Source of the DNA: an uncultured bacterium
GTDB lineage: Bacteria > Verrucomicrobiota > Verrucomicrobiia > Limisphaerales > UBA8199
NCBI GenBank assembly: GCA_963749495.1
Contig: CAVVMW010000019.1
Location: 128,001-192,000, forward strand
Direction of reading: 5' to 3'
Length of the DNA stretch: 64,000 bases
This document shows positions 20,555 through 31,389 of the stretch, one piece after another; position 1 is the first letter of the stretch; the number at the start of each line of letters is the position of its first letter. The position numbers were made by a program, and so were the translations under genes. The notes below the pieces were generated by a model. It had not been told where the DNA came from, searched no databases, and saw only the letters and a program-made list of their open reading frames with translations.

Positions 20555-21337
20555 TCAGACGAGTATGCCGGCGCCACCGTTGATGACCAAGGTATGGCCA
20601 ACAATGCCGGCGGCTGCCTCAGAACAAAGAAACTGGGCAGCGTACGCGACTTCGTCCGCACTCACCAAACGACCCGCCGGTGTCCGCTGAATGGCCGCCG
20701 CCAGCCGCGCCTCACTGTCCGGGATGACCGTCCAGGCATCCGTGAGCACCGCCCCGGCCGCGAGAATATTCACGCGGATCCCTGCGGGCGCCAATTCGAC
20801 CGCCATATGTCGTGCCAGGGATTCCAGCGCGCCTTTGGATGAACCGACTAAAGAATACGTTGGTGAGGCGCGTGTGGCGCCCGCGGAACTCATGGCTATC
20901 ACACTCGCCCGGTCGGCAAAACTCTCGAGGAGGATTTTGACCAACTCAAAAAACGCGCGGACGTTCAGGGCAAATGTCCAATCCATGTGGCGCGTCGTGA
21001 GTTCTCTAAAGGGCCGATGAACCCCTGTGGCGGCACAATGGACCAAACCCGCCAAACGAGTGTTGGAATCCTGGACCGCCCGGCGGACAGCGCTTAGTCC
21101 GTTTGGCTGGGTGAGATCCGCCCGACATAACGTAATCGCCAAACCTTCTCCGGAGGCCAGGGCCGACATTTCCTCAGCCGCTTGATTGTTGCGGATGTAA
21201 TTGGCGACCACTTTCGCCCCAGCGCGCGCAAACCGCAACGAAATCGCCCGCCCAATGCCCCGTGTGCCCCCCGTTACCAGGATGGTTTTGCCGTCTAAAG
21301 AAAACAACTCGTTCGGGGCTGCTTTCGAGTGAATCAT
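20555..21337 (-). CDS. FabL-like enoyl-ACP reductase (SDR), intact paralog of the IS-split gene
   Basis: TGGTRGIG, HCAATG, YSLVGSSK (Y-x6-K), GHTLVINGG. Confidence 0.88.
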   Translation of the reverse strand: MIHSKAAPNELFSLDGKTILVTGGTRGIGRAISLRFARAGAKVVANYIRNNQAAEEMSALASGEGLAITLCRADLTQPNGLSAVRRAVQDSNTRLAGLVHCAATGVHRPFRELTTRHMDWTFALNVRAFFELVKILLESFADRASVIAMSSAGATRASPTYSLVGSSKGALESLARHMAVELAPAGIRVNILAAGAVLTDAWTVIPDSEARLAAAIQRTPAGRLVSADEVAYAAQFLCSEAAAGIVGHTLVINGGAGILV

Positions 21338-21529
21338 TTTGTCTGCCGCGACACATTCCATAATGCTATGATCAACCGTGAACCTGTCGGTTCCGTCAGG
21401 CCAGTGACAGTAAGCAATAATCAGCAAATCTGCAAGACTCAAAAAGGCGGCGGGTATTCCGCGGTTCCTCCCTCTGTTACGGCTTTTCGACACTCGACAC
21501 CCAACCCTTAGAACACTATGCGTGCAACT

Positions 21530-23214
21530 ATGTCTGAAACAAAACACTCACTGAGTCCGGCCGGCGAGCCGTTTCCGCTGCCATCACGGGAGGATTCTGC
21601 CGGGGAATTGGCCCGCCTGGAGGCCCTGGCCAAGAAGGCGCGGGCGGAGGGCAAAGAGGTGGTGGTGGTGATGGGGCTGGGGTTTGTGGGGGCCGTCATG
21701 GCGGCGATTGTGGCGGATTCGCGCGACCAGCAGGGGCGGCGGAACAAGCTCGTCATCGGTTGCCAACGGCCCAGCACGCGCAGTTTCTGGAAGATCCCGC
21801 TGCTCAACCGGGGCCAGTCGCCGGTCAAGGCCGAAGACCCGGAGGTGGATGTGCTCATCCGGCGCTGCGTCCTGGAGAACAAGACCCTCACGGCGACCTA
21901 CAACAGCGATTGCCTGGGCCTGGCCGATTGCGTGGTGGTGGACGTGCAGTGCGATTACATCAAGCGGGACTTGGGCAAGATGCGGACGGGGGAGGCGGAC
22001 ATGGCGGCGCTGGAGGCCACGTTGCGCACGATTGGCGAGAGGATCCGCCCAAGTGCCTGGTGCTCATCGAGACCACCGTGGCGCCGGGCACGACCGAGTT
22101 CGTGGCCTGGCCCATTCTCAAGAAGGCCTTTGCCAAGCGCGGCGTGGCTTGCGAGCCGCTCCTGGCCCACAGCTTCGAGCGGGTCATGCCGGGCAAGGAA
22201 TACGTCTCCAGCATCCGGGATTTCTGGCGCGTCTGCGCCGGGTGCAACCCCGAGGCGCGCGCGCGCGTCGAGAAATTCCTGCGCGAGGTCCTCAACACCC
22301 GGGAGTTCCCGCTCACGATTATGGACCGGCCGATCGAGTCGGAGACGACGAAGATCGTCGAGAACTCGTATCGCGCCACGATCCTGGCCTTTCTGAATGA
22401 ATGGAGCCTGTTTGCCGAGCGCAACGGGGTGGACCTGATCAAGGTCATCCAGGCGATCAAGATGCGGCCCACGCACAACAACATCATCTTCCCCGGTCCG
22501 GGCATCGGCGGCTACTGCCTGCCCAAGGACGGCGGGTTGGGCTACTGGGCCTACCGCCACATCCTGGGGTTCGAGGACGGCGACGAGGTGTTCCGCATCA
22601 CGCCGACGGCGATAGATGTGAACGACACGCGGGGCCTGCACGTGGCGGAGTTGGCCCGCGACGCCCTGCGGAACATGGGCCGTTACATCGCCGGGGCGGA
22701 GATACTCATTTGCGGGGTCAGCTACCGGCAGGACGTGGGCGACACCCGCTATAGCGGCAGCGAGATCGTCGTGCGCAAACTCACGGAGATGGGCGCCGAG
22801 GTGCGCGTCCACGACCCTTACGTCGAGCACTGGTATGAGCTGGAGAACCAGGACGAATACCCGGTCAAGGGCCTTTCGTGGGAGCGGTTTTTCCGCAACC
22901 AATCCGAGCTGATGCAGGTGCGGGTGCAGCCGGACCTGGCGGCGGCGTTGAGCGGGGTGGAGGCCCTCATCCTGGCCGTCCCGCACGCCCCTTACCTCAA
23001 GCTCTCACCCGATGAGGTGGTGAACTGGGCTGGCGGCCCGCTGGCGGTCGTGGATTGCTACGGGATTTTGACCGACGAGAAGATCCGGCGCTACTTCGAG
23101 TTGGGCTGCGAAGTCAAGGGCCTCGGGCGCGGGCATGTGCAGAGGATCAAGGAGGAAGTCAGAAGTCAGAAGCCAGAGGCCGGAGGACGGAAGCCAGAGG
23201 CCAGAGGCCAGTAG
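21530..23214 (+). CDS. UDP-glucose/GDP-mannose dehydrogenase family protein (frameshift: one C missing near 22045)
   Basis: GLGFVG in ORF 21518; ETTVAPGTT, ERVMPG, KIVENSYR, GPGIGGYCLPKD in ORF 21760. Confidence 0.9.
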
Positions 23215-23289
23215 TCCGTGGTCGTGTAGTCCTGTGGTCCTGTAGCCCGTGGTCTCTGCCTTTGGCCTTTAGCCTTTAGCCTTTAGCCT
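23155..23289. repeat. Short tandem repeat tract (AGAAGTC/AGAGGCC-type heptamers, GT(A/G)GTCC-like units, TTAGCCT x3)
   Basis: Read directly; the first part lies within the last codons of the dehydrogenase. Confidence 0.8.
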
Positions 23290-23294
23290 TTCTT

Positions 23295-24639
23295 ATGGCT
23301 TCCCGCTCCCAGCGGTCCGCGCTGTTGTTCGCTGCGGCGTCGCTGTGGTCGTTCGAGGCGGCGGCGCAGGAGGTTCTGGCGCCGCCGCCGATCGACTACT
23401 CCGGCGCGGCCGCAATGCCGCGCTCCGCCATTTCTACCGGCCAACTGGGCCCGCTCACGCCCGCCATGGCCGCCGCCGCCGCCATTGCCGGCGAGCCCCC
23501 GCTCTGGTCGTGGGGCCCCATCAACCTGCGCGGGCACCTGCTCTACCGTTTGCTGTATGGCGACGGCTTCCCATCCGCGCCCGGGCAGAATTACAAGACC
23601 GTCATCAACGAGGTGGATCCCGGGGTCTTGTTCGAACTGGGCCCCCATTGGACGCTCGATTACACGCCCTCCCTCCGGTTCTACTCGAACCAGCATTTCC
23701 AGGACACCACCGACCATGCCGTGCGGCTGAACGGCGCGACCACCTACGAAGACTGGAGCCTGGGGCTCTCGCAAGGTTACGCTACCAGCTCCCAGCCTCT
23801 CTACGAGACCGGCGCGCCAACCGAATACGAGAGTTACTCGACCACAGCCAACGCCGCCTATCAGATCAACACCAAGACCTCGCTGGAACTGGGCCTGAGC
23901 CAGAGCTTTCAGTTCGTGGGCCAGAACCAGCCGGGGCAGGCCCTGACGGACTCCCGCGTGTGGTCCACCATGGACTGGCTGAACTACCAGTTTTGGCCCA
24001 GGTTCGGTGCCGGTGTGGGGGCCAGCTTCGGGTACATCAACATGGGCTTCGGCCCGGACATGACCTTCGAGCAAGCCCAGGGCCGGATCAATTGGCAGGC
24101 AACCGACAAAGTGAGCCTTATGCTCAGCGGCGGCCTTGATGACCGGCAATTCCTCAATTCCACGACGCCTGCTTTGCTCAACCCGATCTTCATGGCGTCG
24201 GCCCTCTACAAGCCCTTCGAATCCACCACGCTCTCGCTGAATGCGGGCCGGATGGTAAGTCCGTCCCTTCTCCAAGGGTTGGTCGCTGAAAGCACCACGG
24301 TCAGCGGCGGCATCAACCAGCGGTTCTTCAGAAAGCTCAACCTGAGTCTCACCACCGGGTACACCGTCGTTTCCTACGAACTGAGCTTCGCCGGCTCGAA
24401 CTTGAGCCGCGAGGATGACCTCACCTTCGCCAACGTTCGGCTGAGCGCGCCCTTCCGAAAGCGCGGCACGGTGGCCATCTTTTACCAAGCCAGTGAAAAT
24501 TCCTCCACTCAAGCGCGGTACAAGCTCTTCGAGCACCCAGGTCGGCTTCGAGCTGGGGTACCGGTTTCAGGAAGCACACCTCCCCTCACCCAGCCTGCTG
24601 GCCACCCCTCTCTCCATCGGATGGGGAGGGTTGGGGTGA
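23295..24639 (+). CDS. Outer-membrane beta-barrel protein (EPS/PEP-CTERM-locus associated); frameshift near 24522
   Basis: Signal peptide and alternating beta-strand pattern; the shifted frame gives SSTQVGFELGYRF, a typical OMP terminal strand, at 24523-24567. Confidence 0.75.
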
Positions 24640-24719
24640 GGGGCCGCCGGGTCGGACCTGTCGGACTAGCCGGACGGGTCGGACGGCATGCACCCGGTTC
24701 AAATTCCTGACACCTCTCC

Positions 24720-25673
24720 ATGAGCAACCGCCAACTCCTTGATTCACTGAACAGTCTTCCCCAGGCCGCGGCCCAGTCGCTCCCGGCGCCCGGCATTCGG
24801 GTGCCGGCCGACTTTCCCGGGCGGCTGAGAATCTTCGCGGCGCTTGCGGCAGTCCTGGTTGCCGGGTTCGCCGCGCCCCTCTGGTCTCTGGTCCGGTACG
24901 CCGCGCACAGCGATCTCTATTCCCATATTCTCCTCATCCCCTTTGTCAGCCTCTACCTGGTCTGGTTGAAGAAACGCGACCTGGCTCTGGATTCGAAGCC
25001 CCCGCACGGTCTGGCTGTCATCCCGCTCCTGGCGGGGGCGGGCGCCCTGGCCCTCTATTGGCTGGCCGGGCAAGCCGGCTGGCAGCCGGCCCGGGACGAT
25101 TATCTGGCGCTCATGATGCTCGCCCTGCTGTCGTTTTTGCTGGCCGGGGCGATGCTGACGTTTGGCGCCGGGACGCTGCGCCGGCTCGCCTTTCCGCTCT
25201 CCTTTCTCGTCTTCGCGATTCCATTTCCCACGGTCGTCCTGAGATGGATTGTGGCCTGCCTGCAGCACGGCTCGGCGGATGCGGCGCATGCCTTTCTGTG
25301 GCTCGCGGGCATGCCGCTCGTGCGCGACGGGTTGGTGTTCGGCCTGCCGGGGTTTCCCTTGGAAGTCCGCCCGCAATGCTGCGGCATCCATTCCACCCTG
25401 GTGCTGTTCATCACGAGCCTGCTGGCGGGGTATCTCTTTCTGCGATCGCCCGTCCGCCGGAGCGTGTTGGCCCTGGCGGTCATCCCGCTGGCCCTGCTCC
25501 GGAACGGGTTCCGCATCTTTGTCATCGGCGAACTCATCGTGAACGTGAGCCCGGAGATGATCAACTCTCCCATCCACCGCCACGGCGGCCCGCTCTTTTT
25601 TGCCTTGTCCCTCATTCCGTTCTTTGCGCTGTTGCTGCTGCTGCGAAGGTCAGAGAACCGAAAAAAGATATGA
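24720..25673 (+). CDS. xrtC: Exosortase (VPDSG-CTERM-specific, XrtC-like)
   Basis: DLYSHILLIP, AIPFP, EVRPQCCGIHS (Cys), LRNGFR (Arg), PIHRHGG (His); multiple TM helices. Confidence 0.85.
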   Translation: MSNRQLLDSLNSLPQAAAQSLPAPGIRVPADFPGRLRIFAALAAVLVAGFAAPLWSLVRYAAHSDLYSHILLIPFVSLYLVWLKKRDLALDSKPPHGLAVIPLLAGAGALALYWLAGQAGWQPARDDYLALMMLALLSFLLAGAMLTFGAGTLRRLAFPLSFLVFAIPFPTVVLRWIVACLQHGSADAAHAFLWLAGMPLVRDGLVFGLPGFPLEVRPQCCGIHSTLVLFITSLLAGYLFLRSPVRRSVLALAVIPLALLRNGFRIFVIGELIVNVSPEMINSPIHRHGGPLFFALSLIPFFALLLLLRRSENRKKI

Positions 25674-28600
25674 CCACCTTCGGCCGATACCTGCAGGCAT
25701 TCCTGATATTCATCCTGGTGGCCGGGGGCGCCGGTTGCACCAAGGGCATCAAAGCCGCCCGCCACCTGGCGCAGGGCAACAAAGACTTCCTGGCGGAGCG
25801 ATACGACCGCGCGGAGATCGAGTACTTGAACGTGCTCAAGGTGGCCCCGATGACGCCGGCGGCCATCAGCCGGCTGGGCTTGATTTATCATGCCGAGGGC
25901 AAGCTGCCGCAGGCTTTGGTGTGCTTGCGGGAGGCCGTCAAGCTGGAACCGGAAAACACCGAGGCCCGGCTCAAGCTGGGGCTCACCTGCATGTCCTTGC
26001 GCCAACTGAAGGAGGCGCGCCAGGCGGCGATGGAGGTCCTGCAGAAACAACCCACGAACGAGGAGGCGCTGATATTGCTGGCCGAGTCGGCCGCCACGAC
26101 GAACGAAGTGCGGGAGACCTGGCAGCGGGTCGAGGCCCTGCCTTCGCCCGCCAAGGACAAGGCCGCGTATCACCTCGCCCGGGGGACCCTCTATGGCCGC
26201 CAGCAGGACCTCAACAAGGCCGAGGCCGAGTTCAAGCAGGCCCTGGCCAAAAACCCAAAGTCCAGCGTCGCCTATATGGCCCTGAGCACGCTCTACCTGA
26301 TGCGCAACGACCTGAAGCAAGCCGAACCCGCCCTCAAGGCCGCAGCCGAACTCGCGCCCCTGCGTTCGACCAGGAGGCTGAGATATGCCGAGTTCAAGCT
26401 CCAGCACGGGGCCGACGGCGAAGCCAAGAAAGCCGTGGAAGAACTCACCAGGAAGGTCCCCGATTATATCCCGGCCTGGTTGTTCTTGGCAGAGACTGCG
26501 TTCGCCCAATGGAAAACCGAAGACTGCGCAGCCCTCATCAAGCGTGTCCTGGCGCGCGACCCCGTGAATTATGACGCCCTCATGCTCGACGGCAGGGTGT
26601 CGCTGGCGCAAGGCCAGGCGACCAACGCCATCATCCAGTTCAAGCGGGTTGCCGCACTCTATTCCGGACCGCATCCCCAAGTGGACCTTCAGCTTGCGCT
26701 CGCCCATTTGCTCGACAAGGACTCAACCAAGGCCATAGCCAGCCTGAACCAGGCGATAGCGGCTGCTCCCGATTACTCCGAGGCCATCCTGCTGCTGGCC
26801 GAACTCAATATCCGCAAGGGCGACCCCGCCCCGGCCGTTGCCTCCCTGACGCAGTTGATCAAGAAGCAGCCCCAGCTCCCCCAGGCCCATTTGGGCCTCG
26901 CCAACGCCTACCTGCTCCAAAGGAACCCGGATGAGGCGGTGGCGGTGCTTCGCCGGATGATGGCCTTGTTTCCGAAGAACCATGATGTCCCCTTCCTAAT
27001 GGGAATCGTCCTGACCCAGCAAAAGAAGCAGGCCGAGGCCCGCCAGGCCTTCGAAAAGGCGCTCGAAGATGTCCCCGGATTACTTCCCGGCGCTTGAAAA
27101 ACTGGTGGACCTGGACCTGCTGGATAAGCAATACGCGGCGGCGGCGGACCGCGTCACCCAGGCGATGGGAAAGTACCCCAAGGCCCCCGAGCCCTGGCTG
27201 CTGTCGGCCAAGATCCACCTCGAGCAATCCATGGGCTATGTCTCCGAGGAACTGGACAAGAACCCGGGCGCAGTCCGGCCGAAGATCAAGCTCTCCCAGG
27301 TCCCCGCCGCCCAGGCGGACGTGAGCCAGGCCGAGGCCGCCCTCAAGAAGGCCATCGAACTCAATCCCGATGTCCGAATCGCCTACCTGATGCTCGCCCA
27401 GCTTTATGTGGCGTCCGACAAGCAACAGCAGGCCCTGGACCGGCTGAACGGCTACCTGGCCAAGACCAACGACGTGGTCGCGCTGATGCTCGTCGGGATG
27501 ATCCACGACGAATCGAAGAACTATCCCGCCGCCCGGGATGCCTACGAGCGGCTGCTCAAGGTCAATCCCAGGTTCAGCCCCGCCCTCAACAACCTGGCCT
27601 ATTTGTGCTTTGCGCGTTTCGGGCAGCTCGACAAGGCCTACGAATTGGCCGAGCAGGCCCATCAACTCCAGCCCGCAGACCCTTATAGCGCCGACACGCT
27701 GGGATGGATCCTTTACCAGAAGGGTGAATACACCCGCTGCTTGGGGTTCTTTCAGGAGAGCGCGGCCAAATTGCCCGCAGACACCGAAATCCAGTTCCAC
27801 CTCGGCATGGCCCACTACATGATGGGCGAGGAAGAGCCTGCCCGCCTCGCGCTCGAGCTGGCAATTCAACCGGGCAAGGACTTCCCGGAAAAGGCGGAGG
27901 CCCCCCGGCGCCTGGCGCTGCTGGCTCTCGATGCGAAGACCGCCAATGCGGCGGTCCTGGCCGACCTGGAACAGTGGCTGCAAAAAACACCCAACGACCC
28001 AGTCGCTCTCAGCCGGTTGGGGGCTATCCAGGAACGGGACGGTGCCCTCGACAAGGCCGTTCAGACCTATCAAACCGCCCTCAGACACACTCCGCAGAAC
28101 ATCCAGGTCATGCTCCGCCTCGCCCAGCTTTACGCCAACCGCCTGAAAGACCCGCAGCGGGCCATGGAGCTTATCAAGAGCGCCCATACTCGCGCGCCGG
28201 AAGATGCCCGCGTCTCTCATCTGCTGGGCCGGTTGGTCTTCCAGCAGGGCGATTATCAATGGGCCTCGAGCTTGCTCGAGGAAAGCTCCCGCAAACTTCC
28301 CAGCGACCCCGAGGTCTCCTACGACCTGGCGTGGTCTCGATACAGCCTCGGACGCGTAGCCGAGGCTGAGGCCGCGATGGCGGCCGCCGCCAAAGCCGGC
28401 CCTGCGTTCACCCAGGCCCAGGAGGCCAAACGCTTCCTGGACCTGGGTGTTGCTTCCAGAAACCCAGCCCTGGCGGAACAGGCCGCCGCCCAAGCGCGGC
28501 AGATCCTCAGCGCCGAACCAAACTACGTTCCCGCCCTGATGGTCTGCGCCGTGGTTGAGGAGCAGCACCGCAAATACAAGGAGGCGGGCCAGTTATACGG

Positions 28601-28982
28601 CCGCATTCTGGCTCGCTATCCGCAGTTCGCCCTGGCGTCCAGGAATCTCGCCATGCTCTGCTGTGCGCAACTGGGCGATGACCAGAAGGCTTACACCCTG
28701 GCCGTCAAGGCCCGCGAGGCCCTCCCGCAGGATGCGGACCTCGCCAAGACGCTGGGAGTGCTGGCCTACCACCGGGGCGATTACGCCCGCTCGGCGCAAC
28801 TCCTCAAGGAAACCGCGCTGAAACGAAACAACGACGCCGAGGCCTTTTATTACCTTGGCATGGCCCACCACCGCCTCAAAGAGCCGAAGGACGGCAAGGC
28901 AGCGCTCCAGCGGGCGCTGGCCCTGAATGTCCAACCCAAATTCGCCGAGGAAGCCAGGAAGGTGCTCGCGGAGCTGAAGTGA
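25670..28982 (+). CDS. prsT: Large TPR lipoprotein, PrsT-like (frameshift near 27067)
   Basis: Lipobox GAGC; continuous TPRs across ORFs 25058..27097 and 27069..28982 (ALNNLAY, ADTLGWIL, YHLG/FHLG); lies between exosortase and prsK. Confidence 0.8.
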
Positions 28983-29002
28983 CGGCCAAGGGGCGAGGGA
29001 AG

Positions 29003-29160
29003 AGTCCACAGTCCACAGTCCACAGTCTGCGGACCACAGGACTACTGACCACTGGACCACAGGATCCCTAGTCCCGTAGTCCCGTAGTCTCGTAGTCCGT
29101 CATTCGTCATTCGTCATTCGCCCCTCGCCCCTCGCACTCACGTTTCCCGTTTCCCGTTTC
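29003..29160. repeat. Mosaic of short tandem repeats (AGTCCAC x3, TAGTCCCG-like x4, TCATTCG x3, CCCCTCG, CGTTTCC)
   Basis: Read directly in the prsT-prsK spacer. Confidence 0.85.
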
Positions 29161-29166
29161 ACGCAG

Positions 29167-31270
29167 ATGGACACCGCCGTCATACTCGCCTTTACCAGCG
29201 CCCTTTTCGCAGGCGTGATGGCCCTGGCCGCCGCCTTCTGCGAGCGGCGCTCGATTCCCCGCCGGCTCTTTGCGGCGGGCATGGCCGTTCTGGCGATCGA
29301 GAGCCTCTTCTCTGGTCTCACGGCCGATGCGCTCGTGCTGGAGGACGTTGTTCTGTTGGCAGAACTGGCGGCTCTTGACCATGTCCTTCCTGCCCGCGAT
29401 ATGGCTGCTCTTCAGCCTGAGCTACTCGCGAGGCAACGCGCGCGAGTTTCTGGCGAAATGGCGGTGGGTCATTGCGGCTGCGTTCCTCCTGCCGGTTGGT
29501 TTGGCCGTCGTCTGCCGGCGGCACCTGATCGTGTCCATCAGCCAGACCCAAACGGGCCAGCAATGGGTTGTGGGCCTGGGCACTCCCGGGGTTGCCTTGA
29601 ACCTCCTGTTCCTGCTCGGGGTCCTCCTGGTGATAATGAACCTGGAGCGCACATTCCGGACCGCGGTCGGAACGATGCGCTGGCGCATCAAGTTCATGGT
29701 CCTGGGCCTGGCGGCCTTGTTCGCCGTGCGGGCCTACACCGCCACCCAGGCCCTTCTGTTCCGCGCCGCCTACCTCCCGCTCCAAACCATCAACTCCGTG
29801 GCCCTGCTTGTGGCGTGCCTGCTGATCCTGCGCTCGCTCCTGCGCACCGGGCATTTCGATGTCAGCGTCTATCCCTCTCCTGCCGTCCTCCACAACTCCC
29901 TGACCGTGCTGCTGGCCGGCGTTTACCTGGTCGTGGTCGGGGGCTTTGCCAAGGTGGTGACCTTCCTGGGCAGCGGCGCGGGTTTTCAGCTCAAGGCCTT
30001 CGTCATCTTCGTCGCGCTGGTGTTGCTGGCGATGCTGCTCCTCTCCGACAATGTCCGGCTCCACTTGAAGCGTTTTGTCAGCCGCAACTTTCAAAGGCCC
30101 TTGTACGACTATCGCTCCGTGTGGCGGACCTTCACCGAAGGGACCGCCCGCCGCGTCGAACAAACCGAGTTGTGTCATACGCTCGTCAAGCTGGTTTCCG
30201 AGGTGTTCCAGGCCCTCTCCGTGTCCATCTGGCTGGTCGATGAGCGCCGAGAAAACCTGGTATTCGCCGCCTCGACCTCCCTTTCCCAGGCCAAGGCCGC
30301 CCAACTGAAGCTGGACCCTGCGGATGCCGCTCAGGTCATCGCCGCCTTGAGCGGCCAGGCCGAGCCTGTCGACCTCGACGCCTCGAAGGAGATTTGGGCC
30401 TCCGCCCTCAGGCGCTCTCACCCGGAGGAATTCCACTGCGCCGGGAACCGGGTCTGCGTGCCGCTGGTTGCCGGCGGCGAACTGCTGGGCTTGATGCTGC
30501 TGGGGGACCGGGTGGGCGACGCGCCCCTTTCGCTCCAGGATTTTGACCTGCTTCAATCCGTGGGCGACCAGGCGGCCAACAGCCTCTTGAACATTCAATT
30601 GTCTCAAAGGCTGGCGCAGGGCAAGCAACTGGAGGCCTTCCAGGCCATGTCGGCGTTCTTCGTTCACGACCTCAAGAACACCGCCTCCACCCTCTCCCTG
30701 ATGCTCAAGAATCTGCCGGTGCATTACCAGGATCCGATGTTCCGGGAGGATGCCTTGCGCGGCATTTCCAAGACCATCACCCATATCAACGACCTGGTCG
30801 GCCGGCTGGGACTCTTGCGCCATGACCTCGCCATCCACCCCGTCGAATCCGACCTGAACGAAATCGTGGCCCAGGCGCTCCAGGGCTGGCCGGAGGCGCC
30901 CGGGGTTGAATTGGCTTCCGAGCTTCGCCCCCTGCCCAAAGTCCTTGCTGACCCGGCGCAGATTCAAAAGGTCGTCACCAACCTCGTGCTCAACGCCCGC
31001 GACGCTTTGGGCGCGTCGGGCCGGATCTTCGTGGAAACCAGCCGGCGAAATGGCTGGGTGGTTGTCGCCGTGGCCGATAACGGCTGCGGCATGACCCCTG
31101 AGTTCATCGAGCGCTCCCTCTTTCGCCCCTTCCAGACCACCAAAAAAAATGGCCTCGGCATCGGCATGTTCCACTGCAAGACCATCGTCGAGGCGCACCG
31201 CGGCCGAATCGAAGTCCAAAGCGAACCGGGTAAAGGCACCACCTTCCGCGTGTTGTTGCCGCGGCCATAG
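29167..31270 (+). CDS. prsK: PEP-CTERM system histidine kinase PrsK (frameshift near 29348)
   Basis: Multi-TM N-terminus, GAF domain, SAFFVHDLKN, NLVLNA, DNGCGM, PFQTTKKNGLGIG. Confidence 0.88.
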
Positions 31271-31389
31271 CCGCCCCGTGCAGAAGGCGACAAAGAACAC
31301 AAAGCCAGGAGCTCGCAGACAAAACTTCCCTTCCTTGGTGTCCTTCGTTAGCTTGTGTTCAAGTCAGTTTTTCAAGACAAGCCGCTTTC

